DNA of 64,000 bases from the human T2T-CHM13v2.0 reference genome, Homo sapiens. Made by a program: the position numbers and the translations under genes. The first letter of the stretch is position 1, and every line of letters begins with the position of its first letter. Where the stretch lies: the NCBI RefSeq assembly GCF_009914755.1, contig NC_060947.1; one strand, 5' to 3'. Positions 58,532 to 64,000 of this stretch are shown piece by piece. The notes below the pieces were generated by a model, which saw only the letters and a list, made by a program, of their open reading frames with translations, ran no database searches and had not been told where the DNA came from.

Positions 58532-60055
58532 TTCTTTCTTTATATTCTTATTCTATGAGCTTTTTTATTTTTAATTTTTTACATTTTTTTAAAACTGAGA
58601 CATAGGCACACACATTATCCTAGGTTTTCACAGGGTCAGGATCATCAGGATCACTGTCTTTCACCCCGACATCTTGTCCCACTGGAAGGTCCTCAGGGGC
58701 AATAACATGCATGGAGCTGTCATCTCCTGTGATAATAACACCTTCTTCTGGAATACCTCCTGAAGGGCCCGCCTGAGTCTGTTTTACAGTTAACTCTTTT
58801 TTTTAATAAGTAGAAATAATGATAAATGGTATAGTATAGTAAATGTATAAACCAGTAACATAGTCGTTTATTATCAAGTATTATGTGCTGTATATAATTG
58901 CATGTGTTGTATTTCTGTACGACTGATTTGTTTACACCAATGTCACCACAAACACGTGAATAATGCATTGTGCTATGATGTTTTGAGGGCTACAACATCA
59001 CTACGCAATAGAAAATTTTCAGCTCCATTCTAATCTTCTAGGACTACTGTCCTATAGACTGTTGTTGACCAAAACATCATTATGTGGCATGTAACTCTAC
59101 TTATGTTATCCAATACAATATAAATGCTATGTAAATAGCTGTTATACTGTATTGTTTAGGGAATAATGACAAGGAAATAAGTCTGTACATGTTCAGTAAA
59201 TACATTTTATTTTTTTTTGTATTTTAATCTGTGGTTTCTTGAATCCACAGATATGGAGCCCACAGATATGGAGGGCCTACTGTATAGGCTTAAGGATGTC
59301 TAAGGAGTATCCCTGGAGGACCTTATCCCTCCTCTCTCATCCTTCATATAGGCAGTATGGGATGTCTCTGTGTGTAGTACTCTATAAGGTATGTTGTAAG
59401 ACTGTTACATTTCTTCACCACATCCATCTTACCCCAATCTATTTGGTTTTAGAACAATAATCTTATTCAGTAGTGACCCACTTATGGCTTCATTTGGATG
59501 GGCCTGTATTTCAATTCTGGAAAAAGCAGGCCAGCCAGCATTGTAAATAAGTAGGAAGTTCCCTTTACCCTTCTAGGCCAGCTTTTATCCTGTGGTCTGC
59601 TCAACACTCAAAATATGGATTCCAGGGAGTAAGCCACCTGAAACTAAAAACTTGATGCTACTTCAAATTATTTTTTAAATAATTATTTATTTTAAATATT
59701 GATCCTCCTCAGTGTTCAATTTGACAATCAATTTCAGCTTTTATATCAATTCATATTCTAAAAAGATGATCAACATATTTTGAAAAATCTTATGTTCATT
59801 TTCAGTTTCCAGAAAACTATCAACAAGTTAAGCATGAGAAAAGCAAAATACATTATCATCTCCTTCACAAATTCTGGTGGTGTACCTCCACAACACACAC
59901 ACAGTCACTACTAGAAGCTGGGCAAGCCTATTGACCACAGGGTCGTGAGTGGTGTGAGTGAGCCAAGGCATACACAAACATAACCATCATCAGTGACTAA
60001 TGGAAAGAATAAAATGCCTTTTCTGAACTTGAACTACAGCACACATCCTTTATAC

Positions 60056-60230
60056 CAGTAGCAATCAACCTTGGCTGTCCATTAGATTCACTTGGAAAGT
60101 GGGTAAAAATCTCAATGGTAAGGCCACAGACCACCATTAAATCAAAATCTCTGGTGAAGGGGTCCAGTCAGACATAGTTTCATAAGCTCCTCAAGTAGTT
60201 CCAATATAAAGACAAGTTGGATAATCAGTG
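60056..60230. mobile_element. MER5-type hAT-Charlie MITE
   Basis: cagtagcaatcaaccttggctgtccattagattcac...aaatcaaaatctctgg...aagctcctcaagtagttccaat...ataatcagtg. Confidence 0.65.
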
Positions 60231-60715
60231 CTTTAAATAATAGTTTACAATGGAAAAACCTTGTTGTGGACTATACTTTTAAGGTTCTTTTGTTGCAGTA
60301 TTTTATATTACTACAGTGGACATATGTCTGACATTATGCAGACCCTTCAAAAATGCAAACTCACTTTGAAAAGACAGAAATCTGTGACAGGCATAATACT
60401 TTCATGTCAGATGTTTTAATGTGGCCTGTCATTCTAAGAGCATATGTTCTTTATCCACAAACTACTCTTGTGGTTCTAGGGCCTCTGATATGATACATTA
60501 TTCCCATGATGCACATTAGCATATACATAAAAGTCCATAGAGGGAGGCTTTATTAGCAGGATGCCAGTGGAGTCAGGGGAAAAAATCAATGCTGCCCACT
60601 TACTGCCAGCATTGGGAAGCATTTGATACTTAATATTTGTTGGAGAACAGTGCTGAAATGCCATTTTCTAATCATATGCATTCCATGGAAAGGTGGCAGG
60701 GAGGCACAGTGTCCC

Positions 60716-61136
60716 ACAAAAAGAACGAGATCATGTCCTTTTCAGGGACATGGATGGAGCTGGAGGACATCATCCTTAGCAAACTGATGCCAGAACAGAA
60801 AACCAAACACCACATGTTGTCATTTGTAAGTGGGAGCTAAATGATGAGAACACATGGACATACAGAGGGGAACAACACACACTGGGGCCTATTGGAGGGT
60901 GGAGGGTGGAAGGAGGGAGAGAATCCACAAAAATAACTAATGGGTACTAGACTTAAAACCTGATTGTGTTTCTGTATGCCTTGGCTCACTCACACTCACA
61001 TCCATGTGGTATTAATCATATCTGGGTTAATACCTGTGTGGTGAAATAATCTATACAACAAGCTCCCATGACACAAGTTTACCTGTGTAACAAACCTGCA
61101 CATGTACCTCTGAACTTAAAATAAAAGTTAAAAAAG
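60716..61136 (+). mobile_element. L1PA13-16-like 3' end carrying an internal foreign insert
   Basis: aaaaagaacgagatcatgtcc...aaataactaatgggtactag...acaagtttacctgtgtaacaaacctgcac...aaaataaaagttaaaaaa. Confidence 0.88.
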
Positions 61137-61984
61137 AGCTCTCACAAACCTGCTGATGTGGTTTTCATGCCATTGTGGTATTTTGTGTTGTAACTGGTCT
61201 CAGTTATTTTATACTCCCATATTCTGATGAGGAGACATACAAGTGCCATTTATTATTGGAATTAAAGAACAAGAATTTATTTTTACTCTTCATGAACCTG
61301 GGTACTCCTTCTATAAAATCTCTATTTGCCAAATCTGTGGACACCTGAAATCTTCATAACTAGATAAGGCACTGAATTTTCCACAGTGCTCACTTTGCCA
61401 GCGTAATTTCCCATTACTTTTTGCTCTTTCTCTCAATTTTTTCATTATATCTTATTTCCTACTTCTTTAAGTAAGGATCATGAAGTAGAGAAAGAGAGAG
61501 AAGATGGAATACTATGGTTCTTATTGGGGACTCTAACGAAGATGCATCATATAAAACTTGGCTTAAAACTTAAAACAGTAAGATAGAATTTTATCTGAGG
61601 CCCAAGCCTCTAGAATTTATTTTAAAAAGTATTATACTAGTTAGTTTCAAGGAGTACAGGTTTTGTATTAGACACCCTTCTCATGGCATGACTCAGAATC
61701 TTAATGGGTTACTGTATTAATTTAATTTCAGGACTCATCTTTTAATAAGAATGTACACAACTGAGTCCATGCTAAAAACGAAAATGATAATGATAATAAT
61801 GTTATATTTGTGGAAATGCTTATTCTTTCATTGCAGAAAGCTAAAGATGTTACAGTTGGATTAGAACTCCAAAGTGTAAATGTTCTTAAATCAGTGCAGG
61901 GGAAATGTAGGTCAAAGCACATAAGGTGTTTCCCAAGCCCTTGTTCCCTAGACCCATAGTAGAAGTTCTTGGAAGTTATACAAG

Positions 61985-62600
61985 GTGAATTTATCTCATT
62001 ACTTATTCAGACTTATTCACTGAATGCCTGGTATTTTCCAAAGCTGACCAGGGCATGAGGATACAATATGTGCTGTCAGGACATTTCCAAATAGACAAGG
62101 AGAGAAATCTTTAAACAAATACACTCAATAGGAGCTGTAATGGTTGTGTGTATGTGGACACTATGAAACCACAGCTAGGGCCATGTCAACACTTTTCTGA
62201 GATACTCAGCAGCATCTTTTTTGGTAGAATTATATTTGACTTGATTTTTGAAATGTGAAGGAGTTCACAGGAAAGAAAGGGATAAAAGGAATTCCAGTTC
62301 GAGAATAAAGCATATGCAACTACAAATGCAGGAAGTTTGCCAGGCACTTGACTCTGAGTTAAAGGTGAGGGATTGCAGGTGATGTGGCCAAAGGGCAGCC
62401 AGAGCCTAAAAATTCAGGCTAAAGAGTCTGAACTTCATCTGTTTGGGAAATTGTGGCTGGTTAAAGGATGCCAGTTCTTTCATTTTGAAAGATAAATCTG
62501 ATGTCATTAGAAAGCTGGAGTGGGGGCAGGGGTGGGGATAGACAGTATAGGAGGCCAAGGTAACAGTCCAAGTGAGGATGTGAACAAAGCAGTGGCTATT
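61985..62600 (-). mobile_element. L2 fragment
   Basis: cattacttattcagacttattcactgaatgcc L2 3' end; ggaattccag...aataaagcatatgcaa; ggctaaagagtctgaacttcatctg. Confidence 0.6.
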
Positions 62601-62629
62601 TACTTAGTAAGGTCATGACCAACCTAACA

Positions 62630-62830
62630 AATTTAGTGGACTGAGCACCAGCCTTGGAGCTAGGTTTCTAGACCCTGATTCTGACTCTGCTACTGACCGA
62701 TCGGTCTTGTGTAAGCAACTCTCCCTTCTCTAAGCCTCAGATCTGTCCTTTGTAGAACAAGGAGCATCTTTCAGACCAGGTGATTTCCATGGTCCCCTCT
62801 GTTTCTCAAACACCATGGATTTTATGATCA
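62630..62830 (+). mobile_element. MIR fragment
   Basis: ttctgactctgctactgac...ctcccttctctaagcctcag. Confidence 0.55.
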
Positions 62831-64000
62831 GACTGCAGAGGAACAACCCTTCAAGATTTTAGGGCATACATCTACTCAGAGTGGTAAAAGTAGAAGGATT
62901 AAAGAAGCTCAGAGAGTTGTAGAAGCTCGTTTGTCCTTAAAATGCAGGAATCATGGCTTCTGATACATATAGGACGGTCAAGGTTTATTTCTCCCCTGCC
63001 TTGCCTTATTTCATTGACCCCAGTGTCTATCTAGCACTGGGTCAATGCAACTGATTTCATTCCTTCTCTAGTAAGTCCTTTCCTGACTACTCCATGCTCA
63101 TTAATCTTTGTCCACTGGACTCCAGCAAACTCCAAAACACTCAGATTGTAATGAACATTTGTCACATTTGACTTTCCAGCACCCAATTCCCCTCTTTAGT
63201 TTGAAGTAATTGTCCCGAACAGGAATCTTTGTGAAAGACAGGGCCCAATCTTCCACTAAAAAGATGATAGAAGGAGAATCTCCCTCTCCTTGTCCCTGGC
63301 AACCAATTCACAACAGTCTAACGCTTCACTTGAGGAATCTGAATTTGAGAGAGTGTGACAAAGGTGAAGGAAAGGAAGTTACACGTGCAACTATGTAAGC
63401 ATCTGGCACAAGGGGCTGGGTTTAGCAGAAGTGAAGAAAGCTTGTATCATTTTGTTTTTATACAAGCATCCTTGTATTTTCATTTTCTTAGAGTGGTTCT
63501 CTAGGCATCCTTTCACTTCTGCGAGCTATATTTTCCCTCCTGCTTAAGTAAGCCACAGTTAGTTTTAGTTTGGAGCAAAAAGCCTTAACTGACATACATT
63601 ATATACTGTTTTAGGACTTCATGCTTTATCAGAATCTTTGGGTCTTGAATAATTAAGCAATATAAGGACAGAGGCCATATCTTATATTTAACGTGGATCT
63701 TATTATAATGCTCAGAAGTAGAATATATGGAAGTTGAGCAGTTAATATTTGTCAGTATATGGATTAACTTATGTCAATTCATATGCATGAAGTGTGAAAT
63801 TTCTGTATATCTGCAAGAACAGTAATTGCAGGTTAGATATGTTTTCTTTCAAATATTGGTCTTATTTGATTTCAAGAATCATGGAAGAAAAATAAAAAAA
63901 CATTATTTGGTTTAAAAAATTTGATGTATTGAATGATTAACAGTAGTTACAACATGTCTTCCATTTAAAAAAAAAACCCAGATTTTTAAACTGAATGTTG

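Noticed and set aside
61837-61925. Acceptor ttattctttcattgcag followed by an open frame KAKDVTVGLELQSVNVLKSVQGKC
   Set aside because: No convincing splice donor and no recognisable peptide.

Overview
Primate (human-like) AT-rich intergenic or deep-intronic DNA, dominated by interspersed repeats: Alu J/S/Y, L1PA/L1PB/L1MA/L1MC/L1ME, L2, MIR, MaLR/ERVL/ERV1/ERVK LTRs, and Tigger/hAT fossils. I recognise no intact protein-coding gene, RNA gene or CRISPR array. Most ORF-track entries are incidental translations of repeats or short chance ORFs. The most notable object is absent from the ORF track. It is a decayed but apparently full-length hAT DNA transposon (15844-19403) with a transposase readable from ATG to stop (17135-18837), and its termini resemble the non-autonomous MER53 MITE, so it is a candidate autonomous parent of MER53. 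Other notable items: an ancient ~1 kb paralogous pair of internally deleted L1 copies; three twin-primed (5'-inverted) L1 insertions; a block of older DNA captured inside a younger L1; a 50-bp inverted locally templated insertion; LTRs with DUX4-like and octamer motif clusters; and one candidate 52-nt exon. Repeat subfamily names come from remembered consensus sequences and need RepeatMasker/Dfam confirmation. Boundaries of old repeats are approximate.
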